DNA of 64,000 nucleotides from an uncultured Acidobacteriota bacterium. GTDB lineage: Bacteria > Acidobacteriota > Vicinamibacteria > Vicinamibacterales > SCN-69-37. The notes under the pieces were generated by a model. That model did no database searches. It saw only the letters and a list, made by a program, of their open reading frames with translations, and had not been told where the DNA came from. The position numbers were made by a program, and so were the translations under genes. This document shows positions 10,625-21,759 of the stretch, piece by piece (positions within the stretch are counted from its first letter, which is position 1; each line of letters opens with the position of its first letter). Location: assembly GCA_963780895.1 (NCBI GenBank), contig CAWAEG010000011.1, forward strand, positions 132,355-196,354, given 5' to 3'.

Positions 10625-10751
10625 GCGTGAGCGAAGGTTGGAAGTTGGAGACGGTCCACCTTCGCGCCTGCGGCGCTACGGCGGACAACCTTCGCCGTTG
10701 GCTTGCCAACCGTAGCTCACGCTTCCGTTGGCAAGCGTGAGCGAAGGTTGG
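10625..10751. repeat. tRNA-adjacent structured repeat bounded by 17-bp direct repeats
   Basis: gcgtgagcgaaggttgg at 10625-10641 and 10735-10751; internal ccaccttcgc..gctacggcg modules. Confidence 0.7.
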
Positions 10752-10753
10752 TT

Positions 10754-10826
10754 TGGGCCCCCCAGGATTCGAACCTGGGACCAACCGGTTATGAGCCGGC
10801 AGCTCTAACCGCTGAGCTAGGGGCCC
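10754..10826 (-). tRNA. tRNA with CAT anticodon, likely tRNA-Ile2 (lysidine) rather than Met; CCA not encoded in register
   Basis: GGGCCCC acceptor stem, D-arm GCTC..GAGC, anticodon loop CTCATAA, T-arm CCAGG-TTCGAAT-CCTGG; lacks the initiator C1:A72 mismatch and GGG:CCC anticodon stem. Confidence 0.9.
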
Positions 10827-10849
10827 GAAGGGAGTGAAAAGCACGGGTT

Positions 10850-10905
10850 AACTTAGAACTTCGAACTTAAAACTTCGAACTTAAAACTCCGAACTTCGAA
10901 CCTAG
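10850..10905. repeat. Heptamer tandem array (AACTTMR-like) x8
   Basis: aacttag aacttcg aacttaa aacttcg aacttaa aactccg aacttcg aacctag. Confidence 0.85.
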
Positions 10906-10933
10906 GATATCAGTCGCGTCGGAAGTTTGCGGA

Positions 10934-13900
10934 TCAGCGGCCGATCTTCTTCCGCGCCTCGGCAACCCAGCCGCGCTCGAGATCGCCGTCGCCCCAGAGG
11001 TCCACGAAGCGCGTGTACTGCGCGGTCGCGCGCGTGGTGTCACCGCGGCGATCGTAGATTTGTCCCAACAGGTAGAAGCTGCGCGCCCAGGCCTCGAGCG
11101 CGAAGACGCGTTCGTACGCGGACTGCAGGCGCTCGAGCAGTTGCGCCGCATCGGCGTCGCGGCCGGCCTTGAGGTTGGCGACGGCCGCGTCGAACCAGGG
11201 ATCGCCATGTGAAGGCTGCGGGCCAGCCGGAGGCCCTCCGAGCGGCTGCGCGTGCGGCGGCAGCGCCTGCTGAGCCTTCATCAGCTCGGCCGCGGCCGCA
11301 GCCGCGTCGCCCGATTGAAGCGCAATGGCGCCGCGCGCCCACGATACCCGTCGCGTCTCCCGCTCGCTCGGGAGGATCTTCACGCGCGACTCGAGCAGCG
11401 CGAGCGTCTTCTCCGACTCGGCCTTGCGGCCAACGGCGGCCTGGGCGACCGCCAGAAGGTGCAGGGTCTCGAACTCCTGCTCGCGATCGCGGGCGTCAGG
11501 AAGGGCGAGTTCGACCTCGGCCAGCGCGAGCGCGGGCCTGCCCTGGCGAAGCAGCAGGAGAGCCTGGCGGTTGCGCGTGGTTGCCCGCTGACTCGCGCCA
11601 ACCCCTGACACGCGAACTGCGCGATTCCACAACTCGTGCCCAGCCTGACCTCGGCCGTGAGCGAACGCCGCCTGTCCCGCACTCATCAGCCCCAGATACT
11701 GCTGAAACGGACTTGTGGATTTCCCCAGCTCGGCAATCGAGGCTTCAGCGTCCCTCCATCGATCCTGCAGCAGGGCGACGTTGACGAGCCCGAACTGACC
11801 GCCGCGGTCGAGGGGTGCCAGGGCCACCGTCTTCGCGTACGCCGCGTTCGCTTCGTCGAGACGTCCGTCGGCAATGAAGGTCGAGCCGTGGAAGCGGTGA
11901 CCGGCGGCGCTGTCGGGGTACCGGCGCACGAACTCATCGGCGAGATCACGTGCGCGCCGGACGTCGTTGCTGCTGATGAGCCCGATGGTCAGGTTTTCGT
12001 AACTCGTAGGATTGGACGTGCCGCGCCGCACGAGCTCTTCGTACTGCTCGACGCCCTCGGCGAACCGCTCGAGCAGGATCAGATGCAACCCCAGATTGTG
12101 GCGTGAGGCGTGATGCTCGGGATGCCGCGCGAGGCCCTGTTGATAGGCCTCGATGCTCCGTTGCCGAGTCTCCGGCCGCAGCCCGTAGTAGTAGCCCTCG
12201 ATGTAGTAGCGTTCCCGGGTCGTGAGGCGGCTCGAGAGATCCAGTGCGCGCCTGGCGTAGTCGTTGCCGATGGCGAGGCCCAGGTTGTTGGAGACGACGG
12301 CGAGCTTCGCGAACGCCATGGCAAAGGTCGGGTCGATCTCGATCGCCTTTTCGAGCAGCGGCGCGGCCTGCGCCCACAGCCCGCGCTCGTGGAAGTTGAT
12401 GGCCTCGGCGTAGTACCGGTACGCCTCGATCGACGACGTCGTGATCTCGGTGACGCCGCGATCCAGGCTCGCGTCGGCTGGCGCTTCGCCCGGACGCTTC
12501 AGCAGGGAACCGCCGCTGCCGGCCCGGGTTGCGGTGAGGGCCGACTTGAAGCGGCGCGTCAGCTCGTCGACGAGCGCGAACACGCCGGACTCGCCGGGCC
12601 CCTCGACGCGCTCGGCGGTCACGATGCGGCCCGTCCGCGCGTCCTGCAGACGCGCGTTGATGCGCATCGCGCCCCCCGACTTGACGTAGCTGCCGACCAG
12701 CACGTGGTCCACGGCGGCCCGGGTGGCGATCTGCTGCACGACGTCCGCCGAGATCGCGCGGTCGTCAACCCGCTTGAGCTCCTCCAGAATCTGCACGAGC
12801 CGGTCCGTACCGAGCACTTCGATCTCGGTGGACTGCGACAGGTCGTTCACCATCATGTCGGTGAGTCCGGTCCGCATCCAGTCGAGCGAGGCATCGCCCG
12901 TGTTGTTCTCGAAGTACAAGACCGCCACTGCCGGCTTTCCGGAGGGGCTCGCCGCGGGTGCTGAACGGCGTGATGCCCACCACACGACCGAACCGACGAC
13001 GGCACTCAACACGAGGACACCGGCAAGAATCCGCGTGCGGCCGCCAGCGACCGGGCGCACCCGTGTGCCCGGCGCGGGCGGTGCGGTGGCGACCGTGCCG
13101 CTCTGCGTGGACTCGAGCCGGCGTCGCGCCGCGCGCAGATCGATGACGAGATCCTTCATGCCCTGAAAGCGCTCGTCAATGTTCTTGGCGGTGCACTTGC
13201 CGATGATCCGCTGCATCTCGGCCGTCGTCTCCGCCGGCGTGCCCGCCATGGCCGGCAGCGGCGGCACGGGCTGCGTCAGGACCGCCTGGAGTGTGTCGAG
13301 GTGCGACTGCCCCTGATACGCGGGTCGCCCCGTGACCAGCTCGTAGAGCGTCACGCCCAGCGCAAAGACGTCCGTACGGTGATCGACGTGGGCGCCGCGC
13401 GCCTGCTCCGGCGACATGTAGGCGGCCGTTCCGAGGATCACTCCCGCGTCGGTGTGCCCGACATGCGCGCTAGCGGTGGCCGCCTCGTGGCTGACCGGTT
13501 CGACGAGCTTCGCCAGGCCGAAGTCGATGATCTTCGCGTGGCCCTCGTCGGTGACCATGACGTTGGCCGGCTTCAGGTCGCGATGGATGATGGCCTTCTC
13601 GTGCGCGCGGGCGAGGCCCTCGGCGATTTCGATCGCAAGCTCCAGGGCCCGCGCCGGCAACAGCGCGCCGCTCCGAAGCACGTCGCTCAGTTTTGCGCCG
13701 CGAATCAGCTCCATCGCGATGAACGTCACGCCGTCGGCCTCGCCGACCTCGTGAATGACCGCGATGTGGGGGTGCTCGAGGGCCGAGGCGGCGCGCGCCT
13801 CCCGCAGCAGGCGCGCGCGGCGGACGGCGTCGTGGACGAGATCGTCGGGCAGGACTTTGAGCGCGACTTCCCGGCCGAGATTCAGGTCCATGGCGCGATA

Positions 13901-13969
13901 GACGACGCCCATGCCGCCACGGCTGATCTCGTCGAGGATCTGGTAGTGCGAGAGAGTCGTCCCGATCAT
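10934..13969 (-). CDS. Hanks-type Ser/Thr kinase with TM, TolB-N-like and TPR domains
   Basis: [31 protein letters not shown]; AVAVLYFEN; TPR C-terminus; start reset to MIGTTLSHY. Confidence 0.92.
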   Translation of the reverse strand: MIGTTLSHYQILDEISRGGMGVVYRAMDLNLGREVALKVLPDDLVHDAVRRARLLREARAASALEHPHIAVIHEVGEADGVTFIAMELIRGAKLSDVLRSGALLPARALELAIEIAEGLARAHEKAIIHRDLKPANVMVTDEGHAKIIDFGLAKLVEPVSHEAATASAHVGHTDAGVILGTAAYMSPEQARGAHVDHRTDVFALGVTLYELVTGRPAYQGQSHLDTLQAVLTQPVPPLPAMAGTPAETTAEMQRIIGKCTAKNIDERFQGMKDLVIDLRAARRRLESTQSGTVATAPPAPGTRVRPVAGGRTRILAGVLVLSAVVGSVVWWASRRSAPAASPSGKPAVAVLYFENNTGDASLDWMRTGLTDMMVNDLSQSTEIEVLGTDRLVQILEELKRVDDRAISADVVQQIATRAAVDHVLVGSYVKSGGAMRINARLQDARTGRIVTAERVEGPGESGVFALVDELTRRFKSALTATRAGSGGSLLKRPGEAPADASLDRGVTEITTSSIEAYRYYAEAINFHERGLWAQAAPLLEKAIEIDPTFAMAFAKLAVVSNNLGLAIGNDYARRALDLSSRLTTRERYYIEGYYYGLRPETRQRSIEAYQQGLARHPEHHASRHNLGLHLILLERFAEGVEQYEELVRRGTSNPTSYENLTIGLISSNDVRRARDLADEFVRRYPDSAAGHRFHGSTFIADGRLDEANAAYAKTVALAPLDRGGQFGLVNVALLQDRWRDAEASIAELGKSTSPFQQYLGLMSAGQAAFAHGRGQAGHELWNRAVRVSGVGASQRATTRNRQALLLLRQGRPALALAEVELALPDARDREQEFETLHLLAVAQAAVGRKAESEKTLALLESRVKILPSERETRRVSWARGAIALQSGDAAAAAAELMKAQQALPPHAQPLGGPPAGPQPSHGDPWFDAAVANLKAGRDADAAQLLERLQSAYERVFALEAWARSFYLLGQIYDRRGDTTRATAQYTRFVDLWGDGDLERGWVAEARKKIGR

Positions 13970-14072
13970 TCGCGCCAGCGAGGGACGATTCTGGGGCAGT
14001 TGGCCCTGTCGCGCAAGCACGCAGCCGCGTCACGAATCGTTTCCCGGCGAAACCACGGTCAAACGGTCACGC

Positions 14073-14101
14073 TTGACTTAGTTTAACAACTTAGCTAGGT
14101 T
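14073..14101 (+). promoter_or_regulatory. Sigma70 promoter/operator of the TA operon
   Basis: TTGACT-N17-TAGGTT overlapping the near-palindrome AACTTAGCTAGGTT; start codon 6 nt downstream. Confidence 0.65.
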
Positions 14102-14107
14102 TGGACG

Positions 14108-14332
14108 GTGACGGTCAACGTCCACGATGCGAAGACGAACCTGTCCCGGCTTCTGGAGCGCGTCGAGCGCGGAGAAGAGGTCGTGATCTGCCGGGCCGGC
14201 AAGCCCGTCGCGCGCCTCGTGCCCGCGCGACGCCCGGGACGCGTGCTGGGCGGCGACAAAGGCCGCGTGCGCATTGCGCCGGATTTCGACGCGCCCTTGC
14301 CCGATGACGTCCAGTCCGACTTCGAGCGGTGA
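14108..14332 (+). CDS. Phd/YefM family antitoxin
   Basis: VNVHDAKTNLSRLLERVERGEEVVICRAGKPVARLVP. Confidence 0.92.
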   Translation: MTVNVHDAKTNLSRLLERVERGEEVVICRAGKPVARLVPARRPGRVLGGDKGRVRIAPDFDAPLPDDVQSDFER

Positions 14333-14730
14333 AGCTGCTGATCGACACGCAGTGCTGGCTGTGGATGGTCGGCGATCCGGATCGATTGTCCCGGCGGGCG
14401 CGCGCCATCGTCTCATCCGACGAGCATGAGCTGTTCCTGTCGTCGGCCTCGTCGTGGGAAATAGCCATCAAGCATGGCCTCGGCAAGCTGACGCTGCCGG
14501 CGCCACCGGTAGAATTCGTCCCCACGCGGATGCAGATCACCCGCGTGCTGCCACTCGTCGTGACGCATGCCCACGCGTTGCGCGTGGCCGAGCTCCCCAG
14601 GCATCATCGTGATCCGTTCGACCGGTTGCTCGTCGCGCAGGCACAGATCGAATCGCTCTCGCTTCTGACCGCCGATCGGCAGCTGCGCCCCTACGACGTG
14701 TCGATTGTGTGGGCGACGGGGCGGCGGTAG
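14329..14730 (+). CDS. vapC: PIN-domain VapC toxin
   Basis: LLIDT, SSASSWEIAIK, HHRDPFDRLLVAQA, LLTAD; GTGA overlap with the antitoxin. Confidence 0.92.
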   Translation: MKLLIDTQCWLWMVGDPDRLSRRARAIVSSDEHELFLSSASSWEIAIKHGLGKLTLPAPPVEFVPTRMQITRVLPLVVTHAHALRVAELPRHHRDPFDRLLVAQAQIESLSLLTADRQLRPYDVSIVWATGRR

Positions 14731-14747
14731 GGAAGTTCGAACCTCCC

Positions 14748-16430
<1,683 letters not shown>

Positions 16431-16499
16431 AGCCTGTCTCCTTACATAGCCCGAGGGGCCCGCCGGGCCCTCCCGCCGTCGCTCGCGACTGTTGCGCGC

Positions 16500-18269
16500 C
16501 TATGCGTTCAGGTCCTCGAGCCGCTTCAAAATCGCCTTTTTCCGTTCCCAGAGCGTCGCCAGCGCCTGGTCGTTCACCGCCTGCCGCGGGTCCTGGAGCC
16601 GGTCGATTTCCTCCTGGATGGCGGACCGTTCGCGGGCATATCGCAGCCGCCAGAGCGTGGTGACGCAGTCGGCCGCCGACGCCACAGGGGCCTCCGCCCG
16701 GGCGGCCCGCTCGAGCAGGGCACGCTCTCCTTCATTTAGACGCTCCCGGAGCAGAGTCGGCAACACATCGGGCGGCACGTCAACCAGGGTTGCAGCCAGC
16801 CGGAACACCGGCGCCCCGACAAGCCCTTCCAAATCGGCCTCTTCCAGCCTGGCTACAGCCGCCAGCCCTTCGACGGGCCGGTGAACCAGGGCCCAGAGCA
16901 GCCCCTGCTCGGCCGGCGTCATCCGGGCCACCGGGGGCACGGCCACGGCGGGGGCCTCACGGCGCCGTTCGGCCGCCGCCTTCCGAATCTCATCCCGGAT
17001 GACCGTCTCTGTGATCCGGGCCTTCATGGCCAGGCGGTCGGCGAACTGGTCTCGTGCGGCCGCGTCGGGGATCCCGGCCGCCACCGTCAGCATCTGGTTC
17101 AGGAAGGTCCGTCGGGTGTCGGGCCGGCTCAAGTCCAGCCGCCCGGCGGCACGATCCAGCACAAAATCAAGATACGGACGGGACCCGGTCAGCCGTTCGA
17201 CGTAAGCGCGGCCCCCCGAGTTCCTGATGTACGTATCGGGATCGCTGCCCTCCGGGAGCAGCGCGACGTTGACCTGGAACCCTTCGCCCACGAGAAGCTC
17301 CGATGAGCGCACGGCGGCGCCCTGCCCCGCCGCATCGGGATCAAAACTGAGAACGACTTTCGACGTAAACCGTTTCAGGGTGCGGCCCTGGGCGCTCGTG
17401 AGCGCCGTCCCGCACGATGCCACCACCGGCTGAACGCCGGCCTGCCAGACCTGCGCCAAGTCGAAGTACCCCTCGACCAGCACACAGTAATTGTGCTTCC
17501 GTACGGCCCCTTTCGTCACGTTCAACCCGTAGAGCGTCCGGCCCTTCGTGTAGATGGGCGTTTCGGGCGAATTCAGGTACTTGGGGACCTGGCCCTGGTC
17601 GAGCGCCCGGCCGCCAAACGCGACGAGCGCGCCCGTGTCCCGGGCGATCGGAATCATGAGCCGGTTCCGGAAGAAATCCGCGATCCGGCCGTCATCCCGC
17701 TGCACGATGAGCCGGCTCCTGAGCTGGAGCGGCAGGGGCACTCTCCGGTCGGCAAACAGGGTATGAAGCGTGTCGCGTCCGCCGGCCGGCGCGTAGCCGT
17801 AGCCGAACGTCTGAATCGTCTCCGGCGCCATCCCGCGCGACTCGAGCTCCCGCCGCGCCCGGGCTCCGCCGGCCGAGGCCAGCTGGTCGCGGTAAAACGC
17901 GGCGGCCTCTTCATGGAGCTTCACGATCGCGTCGCGTTCGGCGGCCGCCTGGCGATCCTCGGCGCTACCCGTAAGCTCCGGTACTGGGATGCCCGCGCGC
18001 TGCGCGAGGTAACGGACAGCCTCCGGAAAGGCAATCTTCTGATGCTGCTCGACGAAGCTGACGACGTCCCCCCCGACGCCGCAGCCGAAGCAGTGGAACA
18101 CGCCCTTGTCCCGGTTGACCGTGAACGACGGCGTCTTCTCCGTATGGAACGGACACAATCCCTTCCAGGTCGCGCCGGCTTTCTTCAGCGGCACAACGTC
18201 GCCCACGACCGCGACGATGTCGGTCTGGGACTTCAAGTCGTCCAGGAAGGACTGGGGGAAAAGGGCCAT
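16500..18269 (-). CDS. dnaG: DNA primase
   Basis: CPFH.EKTPSF..CFGC zinc finger, KYLNSPET, VEGYFD, DPD.AG. Confidence 0.97.
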   Translation of the reverse strand: MALFPQSFLDDLKSQTDIVAVVGDVVPLKKAGATWKGLCPFHTEKTPSFTVNRDKGVFHCFGCGVGGDVVSFVEQHQKIAFPEAVRYLAQRAGIPVPELTGSAEDRQAAAERDAIVKLHEEAAAFYRDQLASAGGARARRELESRGMAPETIQTFGYGYAPAGGRDTLHTLFADRRVPLPLQLRSRLIVQRDDGRIADFFRNRLMIPIARDTGALVAFGGRALDQGQVPKYLNSPETPIYTKGRTLYGLNVTKGAVRKHNYCVLVEGYFDLAQVWQAGVQPVVASCGTALTSAQGRTLKRFTSKVVLSFDPDAAGQGAAVRSSELLVGEGFQVNVALLPEGSDPDTYIRNSGGRAYVERLTGSRPYLDFVLDRAAGRLDLSRPDTRRTFLNQMLTVAAGIPDAAARDQFADRLAMKARITETVIRDEIRKAAAERRREAPAVAVPPVARMTPAEQGLLWALVHRPVEGLAAVARLEEADLEGLVGAPVFRLAATLVDVPPDVLPTLLRERLNEGERALLERAARAEAPVASAADCVTTLWRLRYARERSAIQEEIDRLQDPRQAVNDQALATLWERKKAILKRLEDLNA

Positions 18270-18279
18270 CGTGAGTCGT

Positions 18280-18390
18280 GTCTATCTGAAATCTTCAATC
18301 TGGAATCTGTAATCTGTCATCGGGCCATCTGGTTATCGGGGAATCTGGAATCGATCGGGAATCGACGCGATCGGGAATCGGGAAATCGGC
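18280..18390. repeat. Degenerate 7/8-mer tandem array (AATCTGG/AATCGGG)
   Basis: aatcttc aatctgg aatctgt aatctgt ... aatcggga. Confidence 0.7.
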
Positions 18391-18394
18391 TCAC

Positions 18395-20821
18395 TCATTC
18401 TTTCAACTCGACAATTGTCGCTCCCTGGCCGCCTTCGTTGTCGGGCGCCGGGGACACGCTCGCGACGAGGGCGTGCTCACGGAAATACGTCCGGAGCGCC
18501 TCGCGCAGCCGGCCGGTGCCGTGCCCGTGCACGACCCTGAGCCGGCGCTCGTCGGCGAGCAGCGCCGAGTCCAGAAACTTCTCCGCGCGCGCGAGCGCAT
18601 CGTCCACCGTCGCGCCAATCAGGACCAGGTCCGCCGACGGAAGGTGAACGGGCGCTGATATTCCCGGCTGCCGGATCTCCCGGCGCGCCTGCTTGTTTGT
18701 CTCATCGCGTCCGAATTTGCCGGCACCGTGGCTTCCCGATTTCCCGGGACTCCTCAGATCCGCCAGCTTGACTCGCATCCGCTTGCCACGGATTTCAACG
18801 TCGACGTTCTTTCCGGAGATCCCGCGCACGACGCCGTCGGTTCCGAACGGCAACACGAACACCGGTTGACCGGGGTCTGGCAGCGCTTCCAGCGGGCCGC
18901 CGGCGGCATCACCCGCCTCGGCGGCTTCGACCGACGCGCTGATCGTATCGAGCGCGGAGCGCGCCTGCGCGCGAAGGCCGCCGACGTCGCCGGTCGAGAG
19001 AACGGGACCGCGCCGCTCGGCCTGCGTCACCAGCGCGCCTGCGCGCGTCTTCAGTTCCGCGACGACGGCGTCCACCTCGGCGCGGGCTTCGCGGAGCCGT
19101 TCGTTCAGCTTGTCGTCCAGCCGCTTTTTCAGCACCGCTTCACGTTCGGCGAGGCGCATCTCGCGATCGAGCAGCGCGCGACGTTCACGGCCGAGCACCG
19201 CGCGCTCTTCTTCGGTGAGTTTGCGCTGACGCTCGAGCGCGGCCAGCTCCGAGTCGACGCGCGCCAGGTGCGCCGCGAGCAGCGATTCGCGACCGGATCG
19301 CCGGGCGCGGGCGTCGGCGACGACGGTGGCCGGGAGGCCGAGCCGCTCCGCGATCTCCAGCGCGAGGCTCCGTCCCGGCGCGCCGTAAATCAGGCGATAG
19401 GTCGGCGCGTAGGTGTCCGGATCGAATCCGAACGCCGCCGCCGCGACGTCGGGCGTCGTCGCCGCATACGACTTCAGGGCGTCGTCGTGCGTCGTGGCGA
19501 TGACCATCGCGCCGCGCCGGCGAAAGTGATCGATGACGGCGGCGCCGAGCGCGCCCCCCTCGACGGGGTCCGTGCCGCTGCCGACTTCGTCGAGCAGGAT
19601 GAGCGCGGGCAGCTCGAGCGCGCGGTCCATCTCCACGATGTTGGCCACGCGCGCGGAGAACGTACTCAGGCTGGCCGCAATCGACTGCTCGTCGCCGATG
19701 TCGGCGAAGATCGATTTGAATGGCGTAAACGTGCTGCTCGCTTCGACCGGAATCAGCAATCCGGCCTGCGCCATCAGCGAGAGCATGCCGACCGCCTTGA
19801 GCGCCACGGTCTTGCCGCCGGTGTTCGGACCCGAGATCACCAGCGCGCGCGTCGGCGGGACGATCAGCAGGTCGGTCGGCGTCGGCGTTCCCGTCAGCAT
19901 GGGATGGCGCGCGTCGCGGAACTCGAGGCGGCCGTCGCGGGCGAGTGTCGGGGCTGTTCCGCCCTGGCGCTCGGCCAGCCGCGCCTTGGCCTGAAGCTCG
20001 TCGAGGCTGCCGGCGGCGTGCACGGCCGCGTCGAGCTCCGCGCTTCGCCTCCGGAACGCGTCGGTGAGCGCCATGAGAATGCGAAGGATTTCTTCCTTCT
20101 CCCGTTCGACGAGCGCGACGATGTCGTTGTTGAGATCGACGGTCGTCAACGGCTCGAGGTAGAGGCTGGCCCCGCTCGCCGACGTGCCGTGCACGATGCC
20201 TGGAATCGCGCCCCGGTGCTCGGCGCGGACGACGACGACGTAGCGGCCGTTTCGATCCGTGACGATCTGATCCTGCAGGTACTTCGCGGTGTCGCGGCCG
20301 CGCGTCAATCCCTCGAGCGTGGATCGCAGCTTCGCGCGCTGACGCCGCAGCCCGTCGCGAATGTCGCGAAGCGCCGGGCTGGCGTCGTCCTGAATATCCC
20401 CCGAGGGGAGAATCGCGCGCCTCACCGCGCCGGTTTCCGGCGCGAACGAAGCGACGCGCGCGGCGATGTCCCCGAGAAGCCGGCTCGAGCCGTGTGACGC
20501 AATGCCGCCCGCCACGGCTTCGATGGATTCGGTGAAGCGGGCGAGTGCGAGCAGTTGAAGCGGCGTCAGCGGCTCGGCCGCGACGCCGAGCGAGGCGAGT
20601 ACCGCCGGCAGGTCGTCGGTCGCGTCGATGGAAAGTGTGCCGCCGGCCTTGAGAAATGCGACGGCTTCCTGCGTCCGATCGAGCCGGCGCTGCACCCGAC
20701 CGGCGTCAGTGGACGGCTCGAGTGTCAGGGCGCGCTCCCGCCCGAAAGGCGTCAGCGCTTCGCGCGCCAAAGCCTCGCGAATCCGATCGAACTCGAGAGC
20801 CCGGAGAACAGCCGATTGCAT
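18395..20821 (-). CDS. mutS2: Endonuclease MutS2
   Basis: LRALEF, SGPNTGGKT, IGDEQSI..SLSTFS, DEVGSGTDP, Smr domain VVHGHGTG.LR. Confidence 0.95.
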   Translation of the reverse strand: MQSAVLRALEFDRIREALAREALTPFGRERALTLEPSTDAGRVQRRLDRTQEAVAFLKAGGTLSIDATDDLPAVLASLGVAAEPLTPLQLLALARFTESIEAVAGGIASHGSSRLLGDIAARVASFAPETGAVRRAILPSGDIQDDASPALRDIRDGLRRQRAKLRSTLEGLTRGRDTAKYLQDQIVTDRNGRYVVVVRAEHRGAIPGIVHGTSASGASLYLEPLTTVDLNNDIVALVEREKEEILRILMALTDAFRRRSAELDAAVHAAGSLDELQAKARLAERQGGTAPTLARDGRLEFRDARHPMLTGTPTPTDLLIVPPTRALVISGPNTGGKTVALKAVGMLSLMAQAGLLIPVEASSTFTPFKSIFADIGDEQSIAASLSTFSARVANIVEMDRALELPALILLDEVGSGTDPVEGGALGAAVIDHFRRRGAMVIATTHDDALKSYAATTPDVAAAAFGFDPDTYAPTYRLIYGAPGRSLALEIAERLGLPATVVADARARRSGRESLLAAHLARVDSELAALERQRKLTEEERAVLGRERRALLDREMRLAEREAVLKKRLDDKLNERLREARAEVDAVVAELKTRAGALVTQAERRGPVLSTGDVGGLRAQARSALDTISASVEAAEAGDAAGGPLEALPDPGQPVFVLPFGTDGVVRGISGKNVDVEIRGKRMRVKLADLRSPGKSGSHGAGKFGRDETNKQARREIRQPGISAPVHLPSADLVLIGATVDDALARAEKFLDSALLADERRLRVVHGHGTGRLREALRTYFREHALVASVSPAPDNEGGQGATIVELKE

Positions 20822-20869
20822 TGGGAACGCCCCAGAGTGCCAGGGCAATCCAACATTATGACACGGCTT

Positions 20870-21685
20870 TTAGCCTTTGTGCAGCACTTCTAAGTGATTT
20901 ATGGCGCTCGCGACGGCGGCGGCGCCGAACCCGTTGTCGATATTCACGACGGATACGCCGGTGGCGCAGGAATTCAGCATCGCGAGAAGCGCGGTCATGC
21001 CTCCAAAGCTGGCACCGTAGCCAACGCTCGTCGGCACGGCGATCACCGGCGCGCGCACGAGCCCGCCGACCACGCTGGGGAGGGCCCCTTCCATGCCGGC
21101 GACGGCAATCACGACGCGCGCGGCGCGGAGACGCTCACGTTCCGCTAAGAGCCGGTGGAGGCCAGCCACACCAACGTCGTAGAGCCGGTCCACGACGTTC
21201 CCCATGACCTCTGCCGAAACTGATGCTTCCTCTGCCACTGGTATGTCAGAAGTTCCCGCCGCTACGACCAGGATGACACCATGCCCAGCGGGCGCAGGCA
21301 CGCGACGCTCGATAATCCGGGCCTGTTCGTGAAACCTGGCATCCGGTACGACTTTCGCTACTGCGCCATGGGTTAAGGCATCGGTCCGCGTGATCAGCAG
21401 GCTGTGACCGCGGTCGACGATGGCCTTCGCGATGCGGGCAATCTGTTCGGAGGTCTTGCCCTGACCAAACACGACCTCGGGGAAGCCCTGGCGGACGGCG
21501 CGATCGTGATCGACCCGGGCGAAGCCCAGATCTTCGAAGGGCTCACGATCCGTCCCTGTCAGATCTTTGGCGCGCCGCTCGGCGTCGGCCGGATCGAGCC
21601 GGCCATCACGCACGGCGTCGAAGAGCGCGCGAAGCGAGTCCACTGGTCCGGCGACATCGGTCGAGGGCTTGGACGGCTTCGTCAT
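20870..21685 (-). CDS. larB: Nickel-pincer cofactor biosynthesis carboxylase LarB (PurE-like)
   Basis: [61 protein letters not shown]. Confidence 0.92.
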   Translation of the reverse strand: MTKPSKPSTDVAGPVDSLRALFDAVRDGRLDPADAERRAKDLTGTDREPFEDLGFARVDHDRAVRQGFPEVVFGQGKTSEQIARIAKAIVDRGHSLLITRTDALTHGAVAKVVPDARFHEQARIIERRVPAPAGHGVILVVAAGTSDIPVAEEASVSAEVMGNVVDRLYDVGVAGLHRLLAERERLRAARVVIAVAGMEGALPSVVGGLVRAPVIAVPTSVGYGASFGGMTALLAMLNSCATGVSVVNIDNGFGAAAVASAINHLEVLHKG

Positions 21686-21759
21686 GGGTTCTCGTTTGAC
21701 TCCGCCGAGACCTCGTACCTAGAATTGCGGATTGTGCCGAGGCGGCGGCCCCTCATCTT

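Noticed and set aside
9756-10844. 362-aa ORF spanning the tRNA
   Set aside because: Reads through the tRNA, a repeat and two real genes; spurious
20845-20905. Possible dif/Xer site in an AT-rich patch
   Set aside because: No XerD arm (TTATGTTAAAT); better explained as the mutS2 promoter region
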